Below, piece by piece: positions 40,862-54,300 of a DNA stretch of 64,000 nt. Within the stretch, counting starts at the first letter, position 1. Every line of letters begins with the position of its first letter. A model generated the notes under the pieces. That model worked only from the letters and a program-made list of their open reading frames with translations. It had not been told where the DNA came from and did no database searches. Made by a program: the position numbers and the translations under genes. This DNA is from Lingula anatina (taxonomy: Eukaryota > Animalia > Brachiopoda), in the NCBI GenBank assembly GCA_051362555.1, contig CM120640.1:5704001-5768000 (forward strand), read 5' to 3'.

Positions 40862-43779
40862 TTTATTTTTACAGACTTCTTTAGCACAGATATTAGTTAC
40901 AGATATATACACAACAGTTTGCAACAAAAAAGTACAACTGCAATTCTAAATGCATGATTTTGTGACTCGAGGCAGGGACTATGGAACTTGTGACACTTGT
41001 GTAAAATATGATAACAAGATGAAAATAAATGCAATTGCTATGAACTGAGCTAAAATGTTGATGTCACCACTGCTCTTTATCCTCCAACAACATTACTTTT
41101 ATTTGGAAGACTAACTTATACTGATGGAAACAAAAATATCAGTTCTGTAGTCAGAACTTGATGTATAAAAAATATACATGATTTGTTGTTAATATCAAGA
41201 AGTTGCTATCATCTTCTTCCTTTCTATACAAGATGTTATGTATACAATGGTTTTTACAAGCCAATTGATATCAGCTTTTCTGTTTTTCTGTTATATAAAC
41301 TTCTACCTATTCTTCAGATAGGGTGATTTAAAATAAAGTGATGATGATTGGCATGAGTGAATGGCAGGGCTAGTATTCACTGTACAAAAAGTACACAAAT
41401 CAATCTATCTAAAGCAAGATGTCTCTTTATACATGTCCAGCTGGTCGCTATCTCAAACACTAAACCTACCTACAGGATGCTAACAGACCAGCTGCGTTCC
41501 AAGACATCCTTCATACTTTGTCATTCCAGTGCCTGTTGGTCAGAGACAGAGGGCACTTTGTTCAGTCCACCAACTTTATACATTACTACATACATACCCA
41601 GGGATTTCCCCTTTAGTCACTTAGCTATGATAGTGTGGTATTTTCCACAAATTTCTTTGCCTTCCAGTGAAGGTTGTCTATCCCCTTTAATAAATGCCAG
41701 GATTATTTCTAAGCTCGGTTAAAGTGAAATACCTTTTTTTTTCACTTTGCAGACCACATGAGTGCATTTTGTGGAAGCAATGTTATTAACCTCCAGAAGC
41801 AAACATATAGTTTTTAAAGTTTGTTTTAAAAAATATCTAAATTTGTGCAAAAACTTGTTTGTTGCTAAATATTTTTTTAAAAAACTAAGCAGTTATATGT
41901 GTCAAAATAACAGTGCATAAATTTATCTGTAGATTTTTCAGTGACAATCAAACCCTAGGTCCTAAAATTTGAGTTTGAAAAAACACATACACATTGATGC
42001 CATGAAACATTCTCAGAAGCATGGCATTGCTAGTTACCCAGATTAATATTGGTAGTTATACAAATACAAGCTAATCAAACTCACTAATTTAGCTCCACTA
42101 AGGACTATATTTCAATCAAATGCATTCCTGGCTTGTCAGGTCAGTAGTGTGTTAATAGCAAAAATGCTGCTGCCAATGTATGATGATATGACTCTCCTAA
42201 ATACACTGTGAATTGTGCATGTTCTGATGAATAATGATGAAATGGTGACGATGGATAGAAACATAAAACATGGGGATTTTTAAAGACATTGAGAGTAAAA
42301 AAGCTTAGCCTGTACACCTATACCAGTAGTACAACATAAAACAACACTTGTTCAATGAACCAAGTGACAAAGAAAGTGAGCTTAAAATTTGGCCTTTGCA
42401 GCATAACCTGACTGGGAAACAGTCATCAACACTTTCTAATTACGATGCCTAATTTTACTTCAGAAGCACATCTGCTTAAGTAGATTTGACTGATTTAAAC
42501 AGAAGGAAAACAAAATTTACTACAATAAACTATAAGTTGCCTAATATGATAACTTTAAGGACTTTGTGCTTGTTGCAGGAAGCCTAAATGGAAGTTAACA
42601 GAGTATATGTTGCTGTGCCATTTTGCATAGCATATATAGTGAACATATGAGTATCTGTACTATGGTTAACACTGCATCCTTGACAGCATACTACAATAAA
42701 AAAGAATGTACAATATACACATTTACAATTCTTATGTACACATATACACAAATATGGCAGGGCTTAAATACAGATATTTTTTCTTCCTAATTTTCACTGG
42801 AATGTCTTTTCATTCTCTTTTTTTATATAAAAATGCCTCTGTTCACACTATGACAGCACCTTGTGAGTGATTGGCCTTCCTGAGGGTTAGTCACTCGCAG
42901 CCTGGGTTAAAGTAACATTTATGTATCTTTAACCCGCAACCGTCCATAACAGCACCACTGCAGAATAGCCATTTTTTGTCAGAACCATGGAAATGTCAAT
43001 CCCTGGATTAAAGGTGCTTTTTTGTACTTGTTGCTGCCTTCGTTGTTCTTGTAAGTTTGTTCGAATGTTTGTGACACTGTGAATATTGGCATGAAGATTA
43101 AAAAAAAAATTCTCAAAATCACTGAGATCATTGTCGTTGAAGTAGCACAAGAAGCACTACGAATACAGTCTGCTCCATACGGAGAGAAGGTCAACGCAGT
43201 GTATCATACTGTCATTTCTTCATTGAAAAATTGATCCAGCTTCCAATACACATCTGGTGACTGGAAAAATGAGAACAAGTTGTTTAGCATTTCTTTCTCC
43301 AAGCCCATTATTTGTTGCTTAGTCCTTCACCAGGCCTCCTTGGTTTGTTATATGCTATCAGCTCACAGCTTCCAGCACCCCTCTTTCATTTCTATCCACC
43401 AATGTCCTCAGCCAATAAGCCACCAGCACAATTTTGACGTATCTAGCACTGCATTAAGCTGAACATGCACATTTTATATCCAAATACACTCATTACACTA
43501 TACTGTTACACATTGCCCAATGAGACTCGACTCTGCTAGCGCCTTACTCCATAAACCTATTGTTACTAAGACCACATATTGCGTACTCAAAATCATCATG
43601 CATTGCCCTTATGTTAGTAAACCTACGTTAGTAGTGATATGTTGTTCTTGTGTATTTACCTAGTAAAAGGTACTTTTATACATTATCTTAATACTGGTCA
43701 TTTTTGACAATGCTTTTTGTCTTAGAATTTTCTCGAAAGTCTCAGTTACGATGGGCTACAAACTGAAGCAAACCTGCTG
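40862..43779 (-). other. Probable long (~2.9 kb) 3' UTR of the semaphorin gene
   Basis: No coding signal between the stop at 43780 and a minus-strand AATAAA at 40862..40867. U/UG-rich on the minus strand, with Pumilio-type TGTACATA (42733) and TGTATATA (~40904). The end point is inferred. Confidence 0.4.
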
Positions 43780-45356
43780 CTATAAGTAGACTTTCCTCAC
43801 TTTTTGTTGGTTTTCTGGAACATGAACCTTGGTCTCTGGACTCCCATTCGGTAACTTTGATGGATTTTTTGGAATATTTAACACTACATTCAACTGTTTT
43901 TGCACGTCCTTGTAGCCACCAGAATTGTCATTAAAGTTTGATGAGTAATAGTCAGGACCTGGACTTTTCTGCAGCTCCACATTTGGCTCTTTGTATGATG
44001 TATCTATATTGTCTCTTCTCCTTGATTTATTATACGTGCTGAATTTGTATCCGCTCAAAAACCCGACAAATAAAGATACAACAATTGCGACAACAACAGC
44101 AATGCCAAGTACCACGGGACTGTAGGCTGTCTCACCGCCTCCAACAGAAGCTGCAGCAACGCGAACATCTCCTGTAAAGAGAAGAGTAATTCTTATGAAA
44201 TGATGACAGACTTCGTATCCAGCAGTGGCTGAATGGTGCTTTTACTGTATAATCCCTCTTCAAAGTGATAACCTACAAAGTATTAACAATAAGAAAAAAA
44301 AACGTCGAAGTCCATTTAAAACAGGAGAATGACAAAACCACTGACACAGTCCCTGTCCTTAACAGCTAGCCTGGCCAAAGCAATTTAAGGCTGAAAAGTG
44401 AAGTCTGGTTATTAAGGGGTAGAGACTGCTAAGCATATATGCAGCTGCAGTGGAATAAACATGTGCACCCTGAGCTTGGAGTTTACAGTGTGTACAGTGT
44501 GAGAGAGATGGCAGCAGAGCCATTTTCTCACAAATGGCATGTCAAACACACAGGGGTACTTAGTGCATCCATTGTTATCAAACAACACACATCTATACCA
44601 AAACAATACAACATGAATGTTAGTGCATATTAGTTTTACTGAACAAACAAAATATCAATTGCTTTTGATTTAAAAAAATTCAAAATCAAGCAAACCCAAG
44701 TGTTAAGACTTGTTAAGTTGTGCAATTCACTCATATCACAATGGCTGCAGTTATATTAAGGTGGCCATTGCAAAAATATGATTATCGCAAACCAAATTTT
44801 CACTAAATAAAAAGCATTCCAGGAGATTTCCCCAACCAAAATAATGACTTCTGTCAAAAAAGCCCAGTGAAGCAGACAAAATGAAGATGCATACATATGA
44901 AAATGGACATGCCTGACTTTTTAAACCATGCGTATCTGGTCTTACACCTAAGCAGTGAATATCTCATTTATATTATTGAATACCTGCTATTTTTTTAACA
45001 TGAAATAATAATTATATATATGCTCCCACCAATTTCTATAAGATATGATAACAAACTATTCATACAGGTTAATCTTCTCTCAAAAAATTTCTCAAAACTA
45101 TCCGAGAAAAACATGCAAACTTGAACACATGCAAGCTACATGTTCTCAGTTCCCCTAAGCAGATTCTGAAGGGTTATATTCTAGTTCAAAGGAGTGCTCT
45201 TTACACTGGGAAAAGAGGATGCCATTCTAGTTATCATAAGTATCCTTTTAGCCTCATACTCTACACCATTGCTGAACAGGTATTTCTTTCATGCTACATA
45301 AGGAAAGACCTTGAAGATGACTTCACACACCAAAATCAACCTATGATTGAAAAGAC

Positions 45357-45388
<32 letters not shown>

Positions 45389-48300
45389 GCAGACAGACAG
45401 GCAGACAGTTAGACAGACGGATAGACAGTCAGACTCACATCTATGAATATAATACTTGATATAAAATACAACATATCTATAAAAGTGCAAGGCGCCATTG
45501 TGAGAATGAATTCCACAAGAAACAAGCCTTACCATTTGGAAGAGCCTCAGCACTGGAATTTTTAATATCTTGGTCTTTCTTTTTGTCACCAGCGCCATCA
45601 ACTGGGGATGAGGAGGCTAGTGAAAATGAAAACATTGAAGATTTAAATAAAAAGAGTATGCATGCATGGATAAAAGCAAAAGAATGAAAGAACTTTTAAA
45701 AAAATGAGAATAAATTTCTAAAAGCAAGAGATATTCAGTTAAATCTTAGATTTACAGTAAATGCATTTTTCTTCCAAGTGAATAAAGCTTAAGTGTTTGA
45801 AGACAAGAGATGAGGGAAAGGATAACACACAGGAAATGTCTAGTATGCAAAAGAAAGATAAAGGTAAAGAGGGTTAAGGGTTTTAGTATCACAAACTCAT
45901 GCAGTTGCTGCAGGTACTAGACTACAGAGCTATGGCAGCATGGGTCAACCTTTATCTCTACACAAATGTTAGATTACTAGAGTCAGGTTATCATAACAAA
46001 TGTATTCTAATTCTCACATAGTCAGAGCCCGCCCTTCTTTAAGAGGCTACATAGCTGGACTAGGTTCTGTCTCTCTATAAGCCAGCTAGGAAGGCAGTCT
46101 CAGTGCAAGACCAGGCGTAGGTGAGTGAGGTGATCACAGCCAATGGACACACAACTGTAAACCAGACAAGTTCTGACAGACACTACACACAGTGCAACAC
46201 TAAGAGCTGCGTTGTGAGGCGTGGAAGAGCTCTGGTTAGCTATACAACCCTGCTAGCAGACACACAGACAAGACAATATAACTAAGCTGCCACAAAAGAA
46301 ATGCTAGGTTCTATACAAGCACTCCAGTGGTTAGTGTAACATTTTTTCTTGAAACTCTGTAAATTGTGAGTATATTCCTTTTTTCATTGTTCTAATGATT
46401 ATGAAATGCTTTTTTCTACACCAGAAGAGAGTAATACTAGCAGTTAATCCACCACAAGCTAAGAAAATAGAAACAAACTACACTTGTGCTATTTATCTCT
46501 TGTACTCTAGTCCAACGGACTAATATTACATAGGCAAGACACTCGTTAGACAAAGCACCAGGCAACTACAACTAGTAGAAAGATATTATTTTAGTGCCAT
46601 ATATTTACTATACACTACAGTATATGTATAGGAAACTAACCCGTGGATGTAACCACAGTTTTCCCATTATTATTATTCAATGGGCTGGTCTGACTCCCTC
46701 CGACTGTGGGCTGTGGACATATGCAGGGGGCACATGTCACTGCAGGTGCTGGAGTAGTCACTATATTGAAACAAGGGAAGGAAACCGCATTAGCCTGGAT
46801 TGCTCCCCTCTTTACAAAGTGCCCTCTATGGGTATTGTTCAAATAACAAGCAGCTTAATATCACTAGCATAAAAACAGGTCATTTCCACAGAACATGATT
46901 AAATATTTATGGAATTTCAGAAGAAAAGAAAATGCAAAGTTCTTTCACTAGAAACCTCTACCTTCACAAACGTCTATCAAGTGATTTTGCGTGCACCAAT
47001 GATGACACATTCAAGATTGCACATTGACCTACTCAAAGTCAATTATATCATACTTTCTATATGACTGACAACTCTAATCAATCAAACTGATAATCACCAT
47101 GAATCATTCATTACTTACAAATCAGGTCTTATAATCATGATGATTATGGGCCAATTACTTGATCTTAGAATAGTCAGTCAACTACGCGCAATTCGGGGAT
47201 ATACTCTATGTCAACCTTGTTCAGTCCCTATGTCTACTGCACATGCTGTAACAATCATCCCTTACGTACCTCTTGTGGATTCTTTTGTAGTGGAGGGGTC
47301 AGCAGGACAACTGGAGTTGACACCTTGGTAAATGTTCTGAATGCCATTTATAGAATTCTCACATTTTCCTTCTGTCCAGGAGCAATAGGGGTCTTGTAAT
47401 GCTACACAAGCACTGTAAATAACAATGTCAAAATTTAACTCATACTTTGCAAGATAATAGATTCCAAAACACACAGAGAAGGATTTCTTTTAAAAATTCA
47501 TTGATGTGTTTTCCATTTGCAAAGAAAAATATTTCAAGCCTGCCTTCTTACCTGCATGTTTTCTGTAGGTGGCACCTGTGAAGTGGAATGGTTTTGACCT
47601 GGTGTGCTGACACCACAATCAGTTTCTCCTCACCATTAGGATTTCTGAAGATTTTCATACTTGTGAATGGTTTGTTTCTGAAGACCTCAATTTCCTCAAT
47701 TGTGACCGTCTCAATGGCTGATCCTCTGCCTTTGTTTATAGTTTTCAATACGTAACCATCACCTAAAGTATCAAGAACATATATTACAGGAAGGTAACGT
47801 GTGCAAGATTTTAATTTAACTCAGCATAGGATATATGTTCTTAAAACTATTTCATAGCAGTAATTAATGAAAACGGTACTTAGCAGGTAATAAATAAATA
47901 AACTTACTTCTTCCAATAAACATGATATCATAGTAGCGTCCATCTCCAGCCCTTCTTTGCCAGTCAACAGCCATTTGGGTAAAAGTTGAACTGTAGAAGA
48001 GAGAGAAAAATGATAATGATCTAACAATTAATGTAAACAGGCAAACATCCTTATCCCGATATGATATTTAATTCTGGAACTTTTGTTTAGTATTAGTACC
48101 AAACCAAATGAATTTTAAATTTGAATGAATGCCCCAAAATTCCAAAAATTCCACTTGCTGGTTACTTTGCCAGAAGCATTTTCTCTCGATTTAGGTGTCA
48201 TCCAGCACACTGTGCATACTATTAATCACAAAGTCATAAAATGAGATGAACTTTCTTTGCCAGCATGCCCCCCCTCGGGGATGACCAGAATGACTTCCTC

Positions 48301-51300
48301 CCAAATCATCTTGTCAATGTCCTTGTCTCAAGTAAGGTGCGTATAGCGACTGCCAGATACTGCCAGGGGTCAGGAAAGAAATGCCTGACTAACAACCTTG
48401 GCATACACAGTCTTGTCTTAACACATGACAAGGAAAGAAAGATGACTGTCCTAGGAGGTGACCATCAGGGGTCACTGCTGCTTAAGGCCTTTTTAAGCAT
48501 TATTCACTTTTCTCTGTTCTATCTATATTAATTTGTTAAGGGAATTTGAACGACCAACATATCATTTCCAGTAGACAGCCACCATGTTATTTCAAGCAGT
48601 TTCAGGGAAAAAGTTGCAATTTAACATTATTTTGAAACTCACGTTAGAGATGTTGCCATGACAACTGGCTGTCCACCAAATGCAGGTACGGCAGATTCCA
48701 TCATGGGATGTTCCTGCACAAAGTTCAATGTCATGTCATCGATGACTGTTGAACTGTTGGCACACTGAAATCACAACCATTTGATATTAAGATCAGAAAG
48801 GAGAAGAGTTAATTATAATAATCTGTATGGAAAGTTTTCAAAAATTAAATAAAATTCACTGATTCTTTCTTCATAATAAATTTGAGTATAAGTATAGTAA
48901 TAGTATCTGTATACTTTACAATTCCAATGTTTTTATTATTTTTTTTAATACCTCAGCTGGGTGTGGACTTGGTATGCTGTCCAAGGGCGCGGACTGCCAG
49001 TTGTAATCCTTTCCTTTCTGTTCTTTGAAAGTCCCCCTGAATGCGTGGATTATGTCAGAGAAGCGGAATGCACATATCGCAGAGCCCTGGATGCTGTTCT
49101 GCGGGGTGTTGAACACGGCATAGATCATGTCTGTGGCGTTGGACTGGTCAGAGGAGGACATGTAATTACCTTTGTGCATGTCAGATGTCGCCTCTGTAAA
49201 ATAAACAAATACCTAAGTGCACAAAGAAATGTAAAGAATGCCTTTCCCAATGCATCCCATTTTCAAAATTTTCAATTTATTTTTATGCTTACTAGAGACT
49301 TTTTATAGCCACTTTGTTTTTTTTTAATTTCCATCAAATCTACTCTGATTAGGTCATTGCAATTGCAAATACAATCAATTACAAGATCAGTGATTAGGTT
49401 ACCACTATAAATAAAATATGCAATTAACTGAATCGGAAATATTCCATTTCATAGAACCCATTATTTCAGCTAATTAAGCAAACAGAAGTGTATTTTTATT
49501 CCGTCCTACAGGAGTATCCAGTGGCAATCAATACAAATTCTACATATTACATGTGTTCTGCATCTGATTGGCAGTTATATCATCTGTTCTAACAGCATTT
49601 CAACCCACTGACATAACATGGAATCATTATGCACATTGCTATTTGATTGCCAAATTGACTACATTTACATTCATCAATGCAAATCAACTATTATCAAGTT
49701 GCATCAGGCTCGGCTGCTAATTCCCAAAGGTTTCTCACATTGGGGAAATGGAGGAAACTGCGTCCATTTATTTTTTTTGCATGTTTAACATTGGGACTGG
49801 TGGAGGCTGAAGCAATTGCCAATATTGCTTGCACATGATTTCCCTGAAGGGATTTTGCTGGCTATGTGACTCACTCCTGTGGCTCACCACAGCCCAGACG
49901 AGACTGCAGTGTGTGTCTGGCAGTCTGCAGGAAAAATCAATGTGGGATGACACATACCTGCTGAACACACTTCTGCAGCTGGTTTCAACATACACAAAGA
50001 TGTTCCATTGTTAATGCAGCTTCTAAATAAATCAAAGGGGTTCCTGTGCTCAGGACTTATAAATACCTTTTAAGATGAAAGAAGCACTTACGGATTTCAT
50101 CAAAATAAAAAGGATAATCCCCTGGTATGGAGCAGTTGAGACGGGTTTTGAAGAAGGTTGTGAATTCTTTTTTCAGCAAGATCTTTCCTCCCTGGTCATT
50201 TTTGCACACTCTGGCCACCCTTGAAAATATGGCCTAAAGGAAAAAAAATAATAATAACAATATTAATAATAATAATAATAATTCCAAATGACATTAAAAC
50301 ATAACACATGTGCAATTCAGGATCCATATCATGTAACAAAATGCTTAACTGGTGGTATTTATCAGCATCTCCTGACCAATAGCTATCTTGAGAGATCACA
50401 AAGATACCAAGGTGGTAACATAGGCCAGATAATTACTTTGATAAACCACCATCACTGGGCCTACTTTCTCGTTATATGATGTGGCAATCTCCATCTTCAC
50501 GTCATCTCACTAGATACATTAACAGCTAATAGCATATCTGGCTCCACATTAAAATTAATCAGTTATCAGGCCTCCTTGCACTAAGGGACCAGGGTTCAGC
50601 AGGAAATTCCAGTCAAGATGATCAGTGCTTTATTCTTTTTCTTTTTTTTAAATGTATAATGTACCTTTCCACAGTTGATGTACTCAACTGCTGGCTCACT
50701 GAAGAAGAAATAAATTTTATCTTCATATTCCATTGAGCTCACAAAATGTGTGGGAACTGAAAATAAAAGAATGGAAAGTTTTATACCACTGACAATTTCA
50801 TATTAGAAATAGGACACAAAGGGTGCAAAACCATGTTAAAAATTCAATACAAAAAAAAAAAAAAAAAACAACAACTTTAATTAAAGACAATTTTCATAAC
50901 TTCTTAATGAGCCTTCAACCTACCATTGAGCATCATTGAGTTTCTCTGTACTCTGATATCTCCATTGTAAATCACGGGTTCATTGCCATCAAAGTGTAAT
51001 TCAGTGGCAGTATATATTTTTCCACCTAGGGAAAAAACAATACAAAAACAATGTAAGCTTTTGCTGGTTACAGTAGACTTCTTACATAATTTTAACTTTT
51101 TTTCTTTATTTCAGGGGAATACAAAGAAGTAAAATTTCCATACTGATGAAGGGTTTGAGGGAAACTAGCCACAGAAATAATATGCGCATGGTTGTTATTT
51201 AAAAGCATTTAGCTGAAGATGCATTGTATTGGTAAAAAATAAAGCACATTTTTTTTTGCCAAATAAAAAAAAATCCAATCATCATTCAGGCCACATGGAA

Positions 51301-54300
51301 AATATGGCAAAACTGCCTTCACCTGCTGATTGCTTCACTGAATGCACCATTAAACAAGCATTAAATGCACTTAATTCAAGTACTCTGACCCTTAGCCCAT
51401 GATTAAACCTGGACTTAACACTTGGCACTATATGGCAATGGTAATTACATGCACCTGTCCACCCCTTAGCTGTCACAACATATACTGATGAGAGTAGAGA
51501 GGGACAATGACTGTGACATCAGTTCATTTTCACTTCAATCTCTAACAAAGAAACCAGTATAAGCTGATTTTTTAACATATTGCAAATGTAACTGTAATAG
51601 GCATCTCAGTATACAAAATAGAAGTGTAAGGTATTCTTCCCCCACCCCCTTTCTCTTTTTATTTCCCTCCATGTTGGCCAGTGCACTCACCTGCATACAA
51701 TGCAGTGCTGTTACTCTGTGGCAGATAGGGGGCCACCCCTTTTGCATTGGACAATGAACCTATCTGACGATAATTGATACCACCCTGGAAATACAGAAAT
51801 GACAACTGGTTAAGAGAAAGGTAGTTAGGAAATCTATCTAGCTTGAAAATCAATAAATTACTATACCACACTTTTTGTCAGTAACTTACTGACTTCAGAA
51901 TGGTTTAACGAAGTATATTCCAATTAAATATATCACAAGTGTCACCCTAGCTAACATAGCACTAATTCCCCTACTATTGCTTACATTCTGTTAAAAAATG
52001 ATTTCATCATCCACACTGAGAAAGATAATGGTGAGGAGATGACAGTTACTTTGATGCCTGGCATTGTTTTCATGATCACTTACATCCAAAGTCTGTTGAA
52101 TCCTGTATGTTTTGCAGCTTGGACTACATGCATAGGTGCCACATACAAAGAGTTCATCTTGAGTTTTTTGGAGCATCACGCGGATGTAATTCTGGCATTC
52201 TTTCTGTAAATAAGAAGGAAAAGGGAACTTGAGGCCACATCTTGGTGTGAGGAGTGGGCTTGTATTGGTTAATAAACCATTGTGGAGGTTGGGGTTCAAA
52301 GTGGCACTTCATGCCACAAAAATGAGAAGAGGCTTTGTTTTATTTTTTCTGAACACAAATCCCTAAATGAAACCTGACAAACACTTTAAGGTGCAGTCCT
52401 TTTAAAGAAGGATAACATTTCTTCTCTCTGTTTCATGAGATGTAGCCATCTTAAGGTACAGATTAACCTGTATATATCCATAAACATAGAGTAAAGCTTT
52501 TATTTTCTATTTACATAAAAACAAAGTGGGTTAAAATATTTTTTTCGTTGGTTTGATTTCCCTTCTGTATTTCTCATTGAATACATGATATACAGGGTAC
52601 TTAACCAAAACATGGCCTGAACCATAGAAAAAAAGGCTATAATGGATGCGGAATATTTTCTCGCTTGATATGGCGAACAATGAATTAATTGCTTTAAGCA
52701 ATAACGTGCATAATAAAACTACAATGGTAGACCAATCAAAATTAAGGATTCATGCTATAAATACCCAGACGTTCTTGGTTAATTTTGCATTTTTTTCTCT
52801 TTTTCAAAATAAAACTTTCATATTCAAAAAACCTTTTGAGCAAAATTTCACTTATGGAAACAAAGATTTTCATTAAGTGTTCCATTTTTTTTTCACAACT
52901 TACCTGTGTTTTACCCCTAATCAAACAAGCAGCCTTTTTATTTTCCTCTGCAGGCCATTGTTCTCTCTGAAATTGATGAAAGAAACACACCTGATAAGTC
53001 TTGAACATTTTATCTTTTTAGCATGCAGACTGTGACCATGTTAGAAAAAAAGACAATTCAAGATGCAGACACATTTACGCTGGTAACAGCAAAGTGTGAC
53101 ATGAGCAAAATATCTTATCCCATAATGTCGCTTGGTCTTCCAATAAATGATCACATTTCTAGAGGTTAAGAATCTTAGGCTATACCTAGCTGGCAGAAAA
53201 ATAAATGCTTTTTACTGGCATTTTGATAACTTTTTAAGAACATTTTTATTACTCCAATTAAATAAATGTCTAATCTCAATTAACATCATTTAATTGCTGA
53301 TCTAAATGACAAATTAACTATAAATATTAAATGATAAATTCCTTTTTTATTTGCATATTGCCCCTGGCTACTTGGAATAAAGTCCACTTACCCCATTCAC
53401 ATGCAGCAATGGGAGACTGAGGTTATAAAATTGGTTCCTAAAAAAATTGAAGATACGAGAAATTGATTAAAATAATTCAATACTCTTGTAATCTAGACAT
53501 TTGCAGTTAAATTTTAGAGTGTAAAATTAACAATGAATTCAGAAAGAAAATTATAAAATCTTAACTTATTTCTTTCGTAAGTAGGCAAAAAAAGAAAAAG
53601 AACTATGGACTCTAAAGTAGAGGAACAGCGCAAAGAACAGCTCAGGGGAATAATTCCGTATTAACAGAATTAGAAGCTCAATGAAATTATCATCACTAGA
53701 GGCCCTTGCCAGCTTACTCATCACATATAAAGTGATGCATTACAGGAAGATTACTTTTCCTGTAGCAAATCACTATCTACAATATGCTCATCCATCAGTG
53801 CCTAAAAGGCTGCTAGTAGTTTTATGCAATATAATGTGGATCTATATGAAAACTAGTAAGGGACCTTTGTGAAAAAACCATTGTTTAAACAGGACACAAC
53901 TTGTTGTATATGGGCAAGTATAAATTTCATAAAGCTTGCTCTCTGTGAATAAGGCAATCAGGTGGGAGTGTGGGTGTGTGCTTGCATTGAGAATACAACC
54001 ATACAATAAAATAACTAGAACAAGTGAAAAAAAAAAAACCAAAAACAACTTACTTGCCCCCAATAACCACACTATTGTCATCAGAAATAAACAGCTTAAA
54101 CCAGTCGTAATATTCCGCTGAAGAGGTATCAGATGGAAATGATGCCACGCCTGCATCTGAAACAAAACATCAAGAACATCATTCAAGTGTATATATATAT
54201 ATGTGTATTTCAAGTATATCTGAAATGCTGAATAATGAATTTTTGCTTTAGCTACATCAAAACACAAGGGAATGTCATTCTTCAGACTTAATTATGCCAT

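Noticed and set aside
43756-43782. Stop-codon readthrough of the semaphorin (TAG-C context, adding QQVCFSL)
   Set aside because: The extension is very short, there is no conservation evidence, and the normal KVYL end already matches the family C-terminus.
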